From Chloroflexota bacterium (GTDB lineage Bacteria > Chloroflexota > UBA11872 > VXOZ01): DNA of 64,000 nt. The notes under the pieces are model-generated. The model saw only the letters and a program-made list of their open reading frames with translations. It did not search any database and had not been told where the DNA came from. The stretch lies in assembly GCA_963662335.2 (NCBI GenBank), contig CAXXVD010000004.1:1-64000 (forward strand). The letters are read 5' to 3'. A program made the translations under genes and the position numbers. Positions 20,791 through 31,012 of the stretch are shown here, piece after piece (position 1 is the first letter of the stretch; every line of letters begins with the position of its first letter).

Positions 20791-22353
20791 TCAGTCGAGC
20801 GGATCGAAGAACGTCAGGTCAGCGCCGAAGTTGTCCATCGCCGTCACCGCGTCTCCCGCAAGGACCGTCCTGATGGTGCGCGTGCGGTGAGCGAGCGCAA
20901 TCTCTGTCCGCGCCACCGGGTATTCCACTGCAACCGGCTTGCCCGGCTCCGGCTGGGGGACGAACAGATAGTCTCCTAAGAAGCGATAATCCGCCGTCCC
21001 TTTCACCTGCACCGACCCCCGGTCGGCCCACCGCGCCACTCTGATCCAAAGCGGCGCCGCGTGTCTGGTCGTTACGCGTACCCGGCCTGACGCTGCGCCC
21101 GCTTTCACCAGCGCGTCCGGCGTCTCCTGGTCCAGCAGCAGGTTCACCCGCACGCCGTCGGGCTTTTTCACGACGCCCTCCCTGAGAACATCGCAGAGGG
21201 TGCCGACCACCCCGCCGACTATGTCCATGTTGAAGCTGATCCGCTCGAGCCCAAGCGGGCGGTGGCCGTACGGCGCCGGAAACCCGAACGCGCCCAGGTG
21301 CCGTTCCCGCACGTTTCGCAGACCGTCTTCGCTTGCCGGATTGGCGGGATCGGGGATGAAATTCGCGTCGCGCAGTTGGGACGGCAACAGGTGCCCGCGC
21401 AGAATGCGTTCGGCGTCCTGGTAGTAGCCGGGATAGCCGTGCCGGCCGAGTATCAGGTCGGTTTCGACGATGTCGCCGGTGTTGTTGCCTTCTCCCTTGT
21501 CGGGCGGGCTGTCATCGGCGCTGCTCTCGATCACCCAGCCCAGTTCGTCGCGGATCGCCCACAGGCCGTTGTCGGCAAACGCCCGTACACGTTCCAGGAG
21601 CGCCGAATCGCCGGTCAGGTCGGCAAGCTGCGCCAGCGAGGACATGACGCAGGTCGTCGAGTGCGTGTGAACGCCGAACTTCTCGCGGTCGTACGCGCCG
21701 TCCGGCACAAAGAACTCGGACGCGGCCTTCTCCGCCAGGAGAGACGCCAGTTCGAGCGCTTTGCCCGAGCCGGTGGCCCGGTAGTACTTGACCAGCGGGC
21801 CGATGGCGCGGCCGACTCCCGTAATGAACGTGGTTTGCCGGGTCCAGCGTATCCCGTGTTTCTTCGTCAGCCTTTCCCGGTCCCAGCCGTTCAGCGGGTC
21901 CCACGCGGCGAGGATGAACTCAATGCTTGATTCGGCCAGTTCCCGCGCCCTCTCAGAGTTTCTATAGCGTACCAAGGCGTAGAGGGCGTGCATCCCCTCG
22001 CGCACGTTGTGATCGTTGAAATTCTCAAGGGGCCCGTCCACGCGGTCGCGGTTCATGGGCAGAGGCACGGGGCCGGAATATGAGAAGAAGGCCGCCGCGG
22101 CGTGTTTCTCGATTGCCTCTTCCGAGAGCGAGACGCCCGCGGCGTCCTCCGCGTTCAGCAAAGCGTTCAGGTGCCTGCCCGGCACGTGAGACTCGGAGTG
22201 GACGTTGCTGAACCCGAGACGGGGGTTAGGAAGAACCTCGGACCCGAAGAAGGGGATGTCGTTGTCATCGGCGTTGAATACGCTTGACATTGTCCCGCAG
22301 CCAAGTTCGATGGCCGCCTTGACGTTGTGTGTGTTGACGTTGGCTACCTTCAC
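20791..22353 (-). CDS. Hypothetical (alpha/alpha)6-barrel protein, GH127/DUF1680-like
   Basis: LVKYYRATGSGKALELA, HTHS...LADLTGDSALLERV, YYQDAERILRGHL and C-terminal LWIRVARWA. Confidence 0.55.
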   Translation of the reverse strand: MKVANVNTHNVKAAIELGCGTMSSVFNADDNDIPFFGSEVLPNPRLGFSNVHSESHVPGRHLNALLNAEDAAGVSLSEEAIEKHAAAAFFSYSGPVPLPMNRDRVDGPLENFNDHNVREGMHALYALVRYRNSERARELAESSIEFILAAWDPLNGWDRERLTKKHGIRWTRQTTFITGVGRAIGPLVKYYRATGSGKALELASLLAEKAASEFFVPDGAYDREKFGVHTHSTTCVMSSLAQLADLTGDSALLERVRAFADNGLWAIRDELGWVIESSADDSPPDKGEGNNTGDIVETDLILGRHGYPGYYQDAERILRGHLLPSQLRDANFIPDPANPASEDGLRNVRERHLGAFGFPAPYGHRPLGLERISFNMDIVGGVVGTLCDVLREGVVKKPDGVRVNLLLDQETPDALVKAGAASGRVRVTTRHAAPLWIRVARWADRGSVQVKGTADYRFLGDYLFVPQPEPGKPVAVEYPVARTEIALAHRTRTIRTVLAGDAVTAMDNFGADLTFFDPLD

Positions 22354-22921
22354 GTTGGCGCTCCTGTGGCCCGCGACATATAGACTGTCCAGGTTGATCT
22401 ACGCTTGTTTCATGGACGACGGAATGTACCTGCGGGCGGCTCACCCGTTCTACTTAACCTGCGCCGCCGCATCCGGCTGACCGGCGCTGACGAAGGAAAG
22501 AGAACCGCCGGCAAGACCCACCTCAACTTCGGCATTGGCGCTTTCCCACTCGACCGGCGCGGCGGCCGCAGCCTTAGCCACAATTCTCACTCGCCGCGTT
22601 TAGTTGAAAGCGTCTGCCCGTGCGCACAACTAAAGGGTACGAAGTGCGCGCGCCGATAGCAAGCGTGAGCGCCGCCGCGCGGCGTTTCGCGCGGGCCGCG
22701 CTCCCGCCATGTGCAAAGTCGCGGCGCGTGGTAGCATAGAAACAATGCGACTCGGCTCTATTGTTGAAGGTTTGGCGGCATTGCAGTACCATACCACACA
22801 CTGCCAATGCGCCCGCCGCCGCGCCAAGGGCCGGGGCGGCGCGCCATCCTAAGGTACGCAAACGATTCGACATACTATACACGACAAGATATGCGTGTGA
22901 CTCGCTCAGGAAGGAGATTCG

Positions 22922-24907
22922 ATGAGTACATCCGGGCCGACACTGGTGGAAAAGCAAGCGTGGGAGGTCGTGGGCCGGCGTCTCGGCGGCACGGTAGCCT
23001 CGCTAGCCGTTTCCCCCAGTTTTAACGATAACAACCTCGTCTTGGCCGGCACCATGGCCGGCGTGTTCCGCTCGGAAGATGGGGGCAAGACCTGGCAGGT
23101 GTCCAACGAAGGCATCACCAGCCCCTACGTGCAGGCGCTCGCCTTTGTGCCCAACGTGGCGAACCACGAAGTGGCGTTCGCGGGCGCGCTCGAGGGCGGC
23201 GTCTACCGCTCCGACAACGGCGGCGAGACCTGGCAGCAACTGGACTTCTGGCAGGGCGCTACTTCGGTAACGTGCCTCGCCGTATCGCCGAACTTCACCG
23301 ACGACGGGTTGATGCTGGCCGGCACCCAGGAAGACGGTGTGTTCAAATCCACCAACCGCGGCCGCACCTGGAATTCGGCGAACTTCGGCATCATGGAACT
23401 CAGCATTCAAGCCGTCGCCATCTCGCCGGACTTCCAGGAAGACCAGACCGCGTTCGTGGCCGGCGGCGACGGCCTCTACCGCTCGCTCGACGAGGGGCGC
23501 GCCTGGCGGCTCGTCGACCGCGGCCTGGATAGCATGGCGCTCCAGGCGATCGCGATTTCGCCGAGCTTTAGCCAAGACCGCACGGTATTCGTAGGCACGG
23601 AAGACATGGGCGTCTTCAAGTCTACGGACGGCGGCACGAACTGGCAGGAGGCGAACAGCGGCCTGGAAAGCGTCTCGATCAATGCGCTCTGCCTCTCACC
23701 CGGCTTCGACCAGGACGGCTTGGTGTACGCCGGCACGGCGGAGGGCTCGGTTTACCGCTCCACCGACGGCGGCGAGACCTGGGAGAGCGCGATCGACCAG
23801 GACTCGTCCGTGCTCTGCTTGCTGACTACGGGAACCGGCGACGACGACATGGTGCTGGCGGGCGTGCATCGCGAAGGCGCGCTGCGGGCCGGCGGCGACG
23901 CCGCAACCTGGGAGCCGGCGGTCGAAGGTTTGGCCGCGCGCTCCTTGCTGGGCGCCGCGCTCTCGCCGAACTGCCACGAGGACCGGAGCCTCTTTGCCAC
24001 CAGCCTCGAGGACGGCGTTCTCCGCTCCACCGACGACGGCGCGTCCTGGGAACCGGCCGGGGCCGGTTTGGAAGAGATGCAGGTTGCCTCGCTGCTGATC
24101 TCACCCGACTACGCCAACGATCAAACCGTTTTTGCCGCCACGCACGACGGCTTCGCGCTCTCTGCGGACAGCGGAGCGAGTTGGCAGGCAAGCAGCGAGG
24201 GATTGGAAGACGACGCCCGCGACCTCCGCGTGCTGGCCGTTTCCCGCAATTATGCGGCAGACCGATTGGTAGTCGCCGGCGGGCCGGGCGGCGCGCTCTA
24301 CTTCAGCCACGACGCGGGCCAGTCCTGGGCACGAGCGGAGGAGACGTTTGGCGAGGAAGACGTGATCGGCGTCACCCTCTCGCCAAACTACGCGGAAGAC
24401 CAAACGCTGCTGCTGGGCACGTTTCGCGCCTCCCAGGGCGACTACGCCAGCACCATCACGGTCTGGCGGTCTGCCGACGGCGGCGAAATCTGGAAGCGCA
24501 TCCTGGTGCACGCCACCGGCGCGCAGTGGATTAGCTTTGCGTTGCCGTCCAACTATTCGGGTACCGACGAGAACTACAGCGATTTCTTCATCGCCACGGC
24601 CACCCGCTTCTTCCGGCCCATGTGGCGCGGCAAGAATCTCTGGGTCGGGGACGCGATTGGCGAGGCCACGGCGGCCGTGGTCTGCCTGGCCATCTCGCCC
24701 GACTACGCGAACGATACGACCATCTACGCCGGCACCAGCCGGGGCGTCTATAGGTCCGCCGACGAGGGCCTGACCTGGCAGAACATCAACGAAGGGCTGG
24801 ACAACAAGGCGATCGTTTCGGTGCTGGTCTCGCCAAACTATGCCGCGGACCGGGCGGTGTATGCCGTCTCGCTCGGCGGCACGGTGTGGCGGTACATCGA
24901 CGAATAG
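22922..24907 (+). CDS. BNR/Asp-box repeat beta-propeller protein
   Basis: Many repeats of AISPxFxxDxTVFAGT..GVYRSxDGGxTW; AGGAG SD; no evident signal peptide. Confidence 0.85.
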   Translation: MSTSGPTLVEKQAWEVVGRRLGGTVASLAVSPSFNDNNLVLAGTMAGVFRSEDGGKTWQVSNEGITSPYVQALAFVPNVANHEVAFAGALEGGVYRSDNGGETWQQLDFWQGATSVTCLAVSPNFTDDGLMLAGTQEDGVFKSTNRGRTWNSANFGIMELSIQAVAISPDFQEDQTAFVAGGDGLYRSLDEGRAWRLVDRGLDSMALQAIAISPSFSQDRTVFVGTEDMGVFKSTDGGTNWQEANSGLESVSINALCLSPGFDQDGLVYAGTAEGSVYRSTDGGETWESAIDQDSSVLCLLTTGTGDDDMVLAGVHREGALRAGGDAATWEPAVEGLAARSLLGAALSPNCHEDRSLFATSLEDGVLRSTDDGASWEPAGAGLEEMQVASLLISPDYANDQTVFAATHDGFALSADSGASWQASSEGLEDDARDLRVLAVSRNYAADRLVVAGGPGGALYFSHDAGQSWARAEETFGEEDVIGVTLSPNYAEDQTLLLGTFRASQGDYASTITVWRSADGGEIWKRILVHATGAQWISFALPSNYSGTDENYSDFFIATATRFFRPMWRGKNLWVGDAIGEATAAVVCLAISPDYANDTTIYAGTSRGVYRSADEGLTWQNINEGLDNKAIVSVLVSPNYAADRAVYAVSLGGTVWRYIDE

Positions 24908-25128
24908 TTGCCCGTGCCGCGCCGCGGCGTTGCCCGTGCGCTAGGCCGGAAAAAATGAAAAGCTGCGCGCCGCGCTCTGCGGCGCGCAGTTGTCGTTCCG
25001 TAGCCGGCGCCCTGCCGCGCCCCCCGCCGCAACCTCCGGCTTGAGAGCCGCCGCGCCAGCGCCCTGGATTTGCCCCATTCACCAACTACGTCCTGCAGCA
25101 AACTGCCCGCTCCCGCTGGAGGCCTTGT

Positions 25129-25610
25129 CCATTGTTGTCGCACTAACGTAGCGCGGGGGCTTGTCCCCCGCCAGAGCCGGGGCTTGTCCCCAATGTTGTC
25201 GCACTAACGTTGCGCGGGGCTTGTCCTCCGCCAGAGCCGGGGCTTGTCCCCAATGTTGTCGCATTAACGTAGCGCGGGGGCTTGTCCCCCGCCAGAGCCG
25301 GGGCTTGTCCCCAATGTTGTCGCACTAACGTAGCGCGGGGGCTTGTCCCCCGCCCGAGCCATCCAAGCCGCCACGCAGAGGATTGACCTGACAGCTACGC
25401 AGGTTACAAACCTGCGCTACCGGAGATTTCGAACGCGAGTTTTGCTGCCTCTTAGTTTGATGCGACAGCATTAGGGCTTGTCCCCCGCCGGAGCCATTGA
25501 AACTGGCACGCTAAAAGTTGACCTAACAGGTTCGCAGGTTGCAAACCTGCGCTACCGGAGATGCGAGGCGTGGTTCGCATCTCCATTTGAGTTCTATGCG
25601 ACAGCATTGG
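25129..25610. mobile_element. Nest of MITE-like ends and GTAG REPs, including a ~61-bp tandem unit x4
   Basis: Unit AATGTTGTCGCACTAACGTAGCGCGGGGGCTTGTCCCCCGCCAGAGCCGGGGCTTGTCCCC; opposing ends TGCGACAGCATT at ~25461 and ~25597; second REP family at ~25399 and ~25533. Confidence 0.8.
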
Positions 25611-25726
25611 AGGCCTCGCCTGACACGGCGCACACTGGCAATTCTGCGCCGTTTCCCGCACACTAAGCGCAAGGACTGGCCGCACAGCCAATTTCAGATG
25701 AGCCGCACACGCAAGGAGCGCACATC

Positions 25727-27058
25727 ATGCCGAACCCCGTGCAGTTGGGAACCGCGAGCATCAACATCACGCCCTCCGTGGGCACGTGGATGGGCGGCTA
25801 CGGCGCCCGCGACCACGGCTCGACCGGCATACATGACGACCTCTATGCTAAGATCCTGGTCTTCGGCGACGGCGAGACCAAAGCCGCCGTCGTCACGTGC
25901 GATCTGATTGGCGTCACCGAAGAGAGCACCGCCACCGTGCGCGAACTGGTGGCGGAGCAGACCGACGTGCCCGGCGAGCACGTCATGATCACGTGCTCCC
26001 ACACCCATTCCGGCCCCTCCACCCGCGAGTGGCGCTACGAGGCCCCGTTCAATAGCGCGTATTTGCGCGAGTTGGAGCGCAAACTGGCCGGCGGCGTGCA
26101 GGTGGCGAACGGGCGCTTGCAAGACGTGGTCGCCGGGTTGGGCAGCGGCTCGTATCCCCTGGCCGTCAACCGCCGCCTGACCACGGACGGCAAGACCGAA
26201 ATGCGGGTCAATCCCGATGGCGTCGTGGACCATACGGTTTCCGTCGTGCGTTTCGACGCGCCGGACGGCGCGCCGCTGGCGACGGCTTTCAACTACGCCT
26301 GCCACTCCACCAGCATGGGCGCCGCGAACTACGCCTTCAGCGCCGACTACGCCGGCGGCGCCAAGGCGTTTGTCGAGCACGTCTACGGCAGCGGCCACAC
26401 GGCGGCGTTCCTGCTGGGAAGCTGCGGCAACGTGCGCCCCAACTTCACCAGCGACGGCAGCCGTTTCCGCTCCGCCACGTTCGCTGAACTCGAGAGCGTC
26501 TGGCGCGGACTGGGGGCCGAGGTTGTCAACGTGCGCGAGTCCATTGACTGCGCGCCCTTAGAAGGGGTAGCTGTGGCCCGGCGCGTGGTCACGGTACCGA
26601 TTCGTGAAGTTCCCGACATCTCCTTCTTCAAGGAAGCACTGGAATCCGGCACGTGGCCGGACACGCAAGGCGGCGTCAGCCGTGACTCCTTCAAGTGGCT
26701 GCGCAGCCGCATTGAAGAAATCGAGTCCGGCAAGGCAAATTGGGAACCGCAGGCGGAAGTCCAGGTGATCCGCGTGGGCAACCTGGTCTTCGTCGGCTTC
26801 CCGGGCGAGTTCTTCCTGGAATACGGCCTGGCGGTCAAGGAACGGGTGAAGGACGAACTCGACCTGGAAGCCCTGCACGTGGAACTCGCCAACGGCATGA
26901 TCGGCTACGTGCCCACCGCCGACGCAATCCCGCACGGCGGCTACGAGGTCTACGCCTACCGCCACGGCTCCCAATCCCCGGCCGGCTATTCCGGCGCAGC
27001 CGAAGCGCTCTTCGTGGATACGGCCGTGGCGCTCGCCCACGAAACGGCGGGAGCGTAG
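25727..27058 (+). CDS. Neutral/alkaline ceramidase-like amidohydrolase
   Basis: ITP...MGGYGAR, IHDDLYAK, SHTHSGP, NRR, NYACHST, SADY and PGEFF motifs. Confidence 0.85.
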   Translation: MPNPVQLGTASINITPSVGTWMGGYGARDHGSTGIHDDLYAKILVFGDGETKAAVVTCDLIGVTEESTATVRELVAEQTDVPGEHVMITCSHTHSGPSTREWRYEAPFNSAYLRELERKLAGGVQVANGRLQDVVAGLGSGSYPLAVNRRLTTDGKTEMRVNPDGVVDHTVSVVRFDAPDGAPLATAFNYACHSTSMGAANYAFSADYAGGAKAFVEHVYGSGHTAAFLLGSCGNVRPNFTSDGSRFRSATFAELESVWRGLGAEVVNVRESIDCAPLEGVAVARRVVTVPIREVPDISFFKEALESGTWPDTQGGVSRDSFKWLRSRIEEIESGKANWEPQAEVQVIRVGNLVFVGFPGEFFLEYGLAVKERVKDELDLEALHVELANGMIGYVPTADAIPHGGYEVYAYRHGSQSPAGYSGAAEALFVDTAVALAHETAGA

Positions 27059-27098
27059 CGTCCCGCGCCGAGCGCCTTGCACGCGGAGGCCGGTTGCC

Positions 27099-27764
27099 AT
27101 GCGTTTTGACCGAACCATCACGGTGCCGGAGGAAGGACTTTGCGCTGCGGGCCATGGCATGGCGCCGCTGGCTCTTGCCGGCCGGGTGGAACGTATCCTC
27201 ATCCCGGAAGAGGCGCTGCAAGAGCGGGTGGAGGGGTTGGCGGCGGAAGTCCACGCTCAGTACGCCGGTTGCGCGGAACTCGTGCTGCTGGTGGCGCTGA
27301 AGGGCGCGTTCGTCTTTGCGGCGGACCTTGGGCGCGCGCTCGCGCGGCGCGGCGGCCTGGAGTTGCGCTATGAGTTCGTGCGCACCAGTGCCTACGGCAA
27401 GGAAATCAAGCAGGCGGATGAGCGGGCGCGGGCCGTGAGCGTAACCGCACTGCCGCCGGACCTGGCCGGCAAGGACGTGCTCATCGTCGAGGATCTCATT
27501 GACCAGGGCTTTACCCTTACGGCGCTCAAACGGCGCGTCCTGGCAGCGGGCGTCCGCTCCGCGCGCATCTGCGCTCTGCTCTCGAAGCGCCTCGAGCGCC
27601 CGTCCCCGGCGGCGGCGCGCAATCGCTCCTCCCTAACCCTCGACTTCGTCGGCTTCGACGTGCCCGACCGCTGGGTGGCGGGCTACGGCACCGACGCCGG
27701 CGAGGACTTCCGCGCGCTGCCGTACATCGTCACGGTACGCGAGCAACACTATAGCGAGAGATGA
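27099..27764 (+). CDS. hpt: Hypoxanthine-guanine phosphoribosyltransferase
   Basis: LKGAFVFAADL, SAYG, VLIVEDLIDQGFTL, WVAGYGTD and FRALPYI motifs. Confidence 0.9.
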   Translation: MRFDRTITVPEEGLCAAGHGMAPLALAGRVERILIPEEALQERVEGLAAEVHAQYAGCAELVLLVALKGAFVFAADLGRALARRGGLELRYEFVRTSAYGKEIKQADERARAVSVTALPPDLAGKDVLIVEDLIDQGFTLTALKRRVLAAGVRSARICALLSKRLERPSPAAARNRSSLTLDFVGFDVPDRWVAGYGTDAGEDFRALPYIVTVREQHYSER

Positions 27765-29581
27765 GGGACATGGGCGCTGCTCTCCTCCTGCGCGGCGGAA
27801 CCATCGTAGACGTGCTGGAGAAGCGCTGCTACGCGGGCGATATTTTCATCCGTGGCGGGCTAATCCACCGTGTCGAACGTGCGCCGGGAACGCTCGGCGC
27901 GGGCGCTTTGGGGGCAAACGCGCAGACGCTGGACGTAACGGGGCAGTACGTTATTCCGGGGTTCATCGACCCGCATCTGCATATCGAGAGCAGCCTGCTC
28001 AGCCCACTGGAATTCGCCCGGGCCGCAGTGCGGTGCGGCGCCACCGCCGTCTTCGTGGATCCGCACGAGATCGCCAACGTGGCCGGCAGGGACGGCATCG
28101 ACCTCTTCCTGCGCCACGCGGAAATCGCGCCGCTCGACGTCTTCATCGGCGTGCCTTCGTGCGTGCCGGCCACGGCGTTCGAGGATACCGGCGCGGCGCT
28201 CACCCTGGCGGACATCGAGGCGCTGCTGCCGCATCCGCGCGTCTACGGCCTGGCCGAAATGATGAACTTTCCCGGCATCATCCACGACGTGGGAGAGGCC
28301 CGCGCCAAGGTGCAATGCGCCTACGACCTGGGAAAAGTCGTCGACGGGCACGCGCCGGGCGTAACGGGCCAAGACCTGGCGCGCTACGTGTCCAACGGCC
28401 GGGACGACGGCACGGTCAGAATCATGTCCGACCACGAGTCGCGCACGGGCGCGGAAGCCCTGGAGAAACGGCGGGCCGGCATGACCGTCGCCATCCGCTA
28501 CGGCAGCGCCACCAAAGACCTGGACGTTATTCTTCCCTACCTGGTTGAGCGGCAAATAGACCTGGATGGCTTCATGCTCTGCAGCGACGACCTCGACGCG
28601 GGGGAACTGCGGGAGCACGGCCACGTGGACCGCATCGTGCGCCGCGCGCGGGACATCTTGGTCGAGCACGCGGGCATGGAGGCAGAACAGGCCGCAATCC
28701 AGGCTATTGCCCTGGCGACGCTCCATCCGGCCCGCTACTTCTCGCGCTTCTTCCGCCGCCACGGCCATGCCGAGATGGGTGTGATTGCCCCCGGCGCGGT
28801 CGCCAATCTGGCAGTTCTCGAATCACTCGAAACCCTCGCGTGCACAACCGTAGTCCGGCGCGGCGAGGTGGTTGTCTTGAACGGCGAGCTTGCGCGAAAC
28901 GAGGCCCCGGACGATCACGGCGCCAGTGATGCAGACGGCAAGCTCTTGCATTCCGTAACCGTGAGCAAGCCGCTGGCGGCGGCGGACTTCAATGTCCCCT
29001 ACAGCGGTTCAGGCGACGCGGCGCAAACCCGCGTCATTGGCGCGGTGGACGGCAGCCTCACCACGCAGCACCGCGTCCTTTCCCTGCTGGTGCGCGGCGG
29101 CGCAATCCAGGCCGACCCGGCCCAGGACGCGGCGAAGTTTGCGGTGATCGAGCGGCATCACAACACGGGGTTGCGCGCAGTCGGCTTCGTTAGCGGGCTT
29201 GGCATCGAGCGGGGCGCGGTGGCCTCCACGGTGGGCCACGACAGCCACAACCTCATGGTAGTCGGCGCGGACGAGCGCGCCATGGCGGCCGCGGCCAACC
29301 GCCTGGTTGCGCTCGGCGGCGGCATGGCGGTCGCAGTCGGGAATGACGTGACCGTTCTGCCGCTGGCAATCGGCGGTCTTATGTCAATCGAGTCTATCGA
29401 CGTGGTCGCGGCCCAGTTCCGCTCCCTGTTGACCGCCGCCGCGCAAACCGGCACGACGAGCAAGAATATCTTCCTGCTGCTCTCGTTTCTGGCATTGCCG
29501 GTCATCCCCCACCTGAAGATGACCAATCGCGGGCTGGTGGACGTGGACGCCTTTGCGCCGGTACCGCTCCTGGTTGACTAA
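27761..29581 (+). CDS. ade: Adenine deaminase
   Basis: IDPHLHIESS, DPHEIANV, AEMMNFPG, DGHAPG, SDHE, CSDD, GHDSHN and SFLALPVIP motifs; ATGA overlap with hpt. Confidence 0.92.
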   Translation: MRDMGAALLLRGGTIVDVLEKRCYAGDIFIRGGLIHRVERAPGTLGAGALGANAQTLDVTGQYVIPGFIDPHLHIESSLLSPLEFARAAVRCGATAVFVDPHEIANVAGRDGIDLFLRHAEIAPLDVFIGVPSCVPATAFEDTGAALTLADIEALLPHPRVYGLAEMMNFPGIIHDVGEARAKVQCAYDLGKVVDGHAPGVTGQDLARYVSNGRDDGTVRIMSDHESRTGAEALEKRRAGMTVAIRYGSATKDLDVILPYLVERQIDLDGFMLCSDDLDAGELREHGHVDRIVRRARDILVEHAGMEAEQAAIQAIALATLHPARYFSRFFRRHGHAEMGVIAPGAVANLAVLESLETLACTTVVRRGEVVVLNGELARNEAPDDHGASDADGKLLHSVTVSKPLAAADFNVPYSGSGDAAQTRVIGAVDGSLTTQHRVLSLLVRGGAIQADPAQDAAKFAVIERHHNTGLRAVGFVSGLGIERGAVASTVGHDSHNLMVVGADERAMAAAANRLVALGGGMAVAVGNDVTVLPLAIGGLMSIESIDVVAAQFRSLLTAAAQTGTTSKNIFLLLSFLALPVIPHLKMTNRGLVDVDAFAPVPLLVD

Positions 29582-29701
29582 CCGCTCTGCCAAGATGGCG
29601 GTTGTCACGCAAGCCCAGCGTTCGCCGCGTCCTCTATGACGCCAAGAGGCGGGGGAAAAGCCCCCGCGCCGGCAAACCACTTTCCCGGGATGCGGGCTGA
29701 C

Positions 29702-29837
29702 AGGGGTATGTATCTATAACCGGCTTCACGTGTCATTCCGAACGGAGCGCAGCGGAGTGAGGAATCTAGGGTGCGGCCCTGCAAAAGCAGCAACTCTAGA
29801 TTCCTCGCTGCGCTCGGAATGACATTTACATACCCCT
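29702..29837. mobile_element. MITE-like element (TIR AGGGGTATGTA/TACATACCCCT) enclosing a GTCATTCCGA-type repeat doublet
   Basis: Perfect 11-bp inverted ends; internal TGTCATTCCGAACGGAGCGCAGCGGAGTGAGGAATCTAG ... CTAGATTCCTCGCTGCGCTCGGAATGACA; flanked by GTAG REPs at ~29649 and 29849-29872. Confidence 0.65.
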
Positions 29838-29906
29838 ATCGGCGGGATGCGGGGGACAAGCCCCCGCGCTACGGTTCAGCAATTGCATTCGTGGAAAGTT
29901 AATGGC

Positions 29907-30827
29907 TCACAGCGGTACCACCACGGCGCCGCGCTCAGCGCAGGAGAGCACAAGCGTGCGGGCAGGGGCGTCGTGCGCTTGCGCCGCTTGGAGCATGGCG
30001 GCGGCTACCGCTTCCGGTTCGCGGAAGGTAAGGGCCAATATGGACGAGCCGGCCCCGGAGAGCGCGCTGCCGCACGCCCCCGCCGCCAGCGCCGCTTCCA
30101 TGATGGGCGTCATGGCGGGAAAGATTTTCGCCCGGTAGGGCTGGTGCAAGCGGTCGCTCATGCCGGCGCGGATGCACGCTTCGTCGGCCTGCATAATCCC
30201 CGCCAGCAGCAGCGCCGCGTGGCCGACGTTGTAGACCGCGTCTCCCAGAGACACAGTTTGCGGCACCACCTGGCGCGCCAGCGCCGTAGGCAGGTGCTGC
30301 GCCGGCACGCAGACCACCGCGCGGAGATCCTCCGGCACGGGGACGCGCGCATAGGCTGGCGCCGCCCCGTCATCGGCCGCGCAGACGATGAGGCCGCCCA
30401 GCAAGGCCGCCGCCGCGTTGTCGGGATGCCCTTCCAGGGCGCAGGCAATCTCCAGGAGACGCTCGTTCGTGAGCGCGTTATCCAGCAGGTGGTTGGCCGC
30501 CGCCAGGCCGCCGACCGTCGCGCTGGCGCTGCTGCCCAGCCCGCGAAAGAGGGGTATGCGGTTCCGCATGTGCAGGTCGATGGCGGGCGGGACACTATTG
30601 CCGGCGGCGGCAAAAGCGCGGTGAAAGGCCTGTACGAACAGATTCTCTTCATCACGCGCCAGGTCCGCGGCGTCTTCGCCCTCAACCGTAATCCGCAGCG
30701 CGGCCGCCGGACGCACCGTGAACTCGTTGTAGAGCGTGAGCGCCATGCCGAAGGCATCGAACCCCGGCCCCAGGTTGGCGCTGGTGGCCGGCACGCGCAC
30801 GCGGAAGTCAGGGACGCTTTCTGCCAT
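29907..30827 (-). CDS. thrB: Homoserine kinase
   Basis: VPATSANLGPGFD, IPLFRGLGSSASA, EGHPDN, DRLHQPYR and LSGAGSS motifs. Confidence 0.96.
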   Translation of the reverse strand: MAESVPDFRVRVPATSANLGPGFDAFGMALTLYNEFTVRPAAALRITVEGEDAADLARDEENLFVQAFHRAFAAAGNSVPPAIDLHMRNRIPLFRGLGSSASATVGGLAAANHLLDNALTNERLLEIACALEGHPDNAAAALLGGLIVCAADDGAAPAYARVPVPEDLRAVVCVPAQHLPTALARQVVPQTVSLGDAVYNVGHAALLLAGIMQADEACIRAGMSDRLHQPYRAKIFPAMTPIMEAALAAGACGSALSGAGSSILALTFREPEAVAAAMLQAAQAHDAPARTLVLSCAERGAVVVPL

Positions 30828-31012
30828 AGCGCATCGCCCTCACTGCGAGAGGTGTAGAGAATCAACGCAAACGGGACGCCCATTACTGTACCATAGGAGA
30901 AGGAGCCCTAGACCAGGGGACGGCGCGGCGGCTCAACCGGCGCTCCTAGGCCGATCCTGCGCGAAGAGTGCAGCCCAGGGACCGGCGCCAAGACGCAAAG
31001 AGGAGTGGTGGA

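Noticed and set aside
25129-25360. CRISPR array (~61-bp period)
   Set aside because: Whole units are near-identical, so there are no unique spacers.
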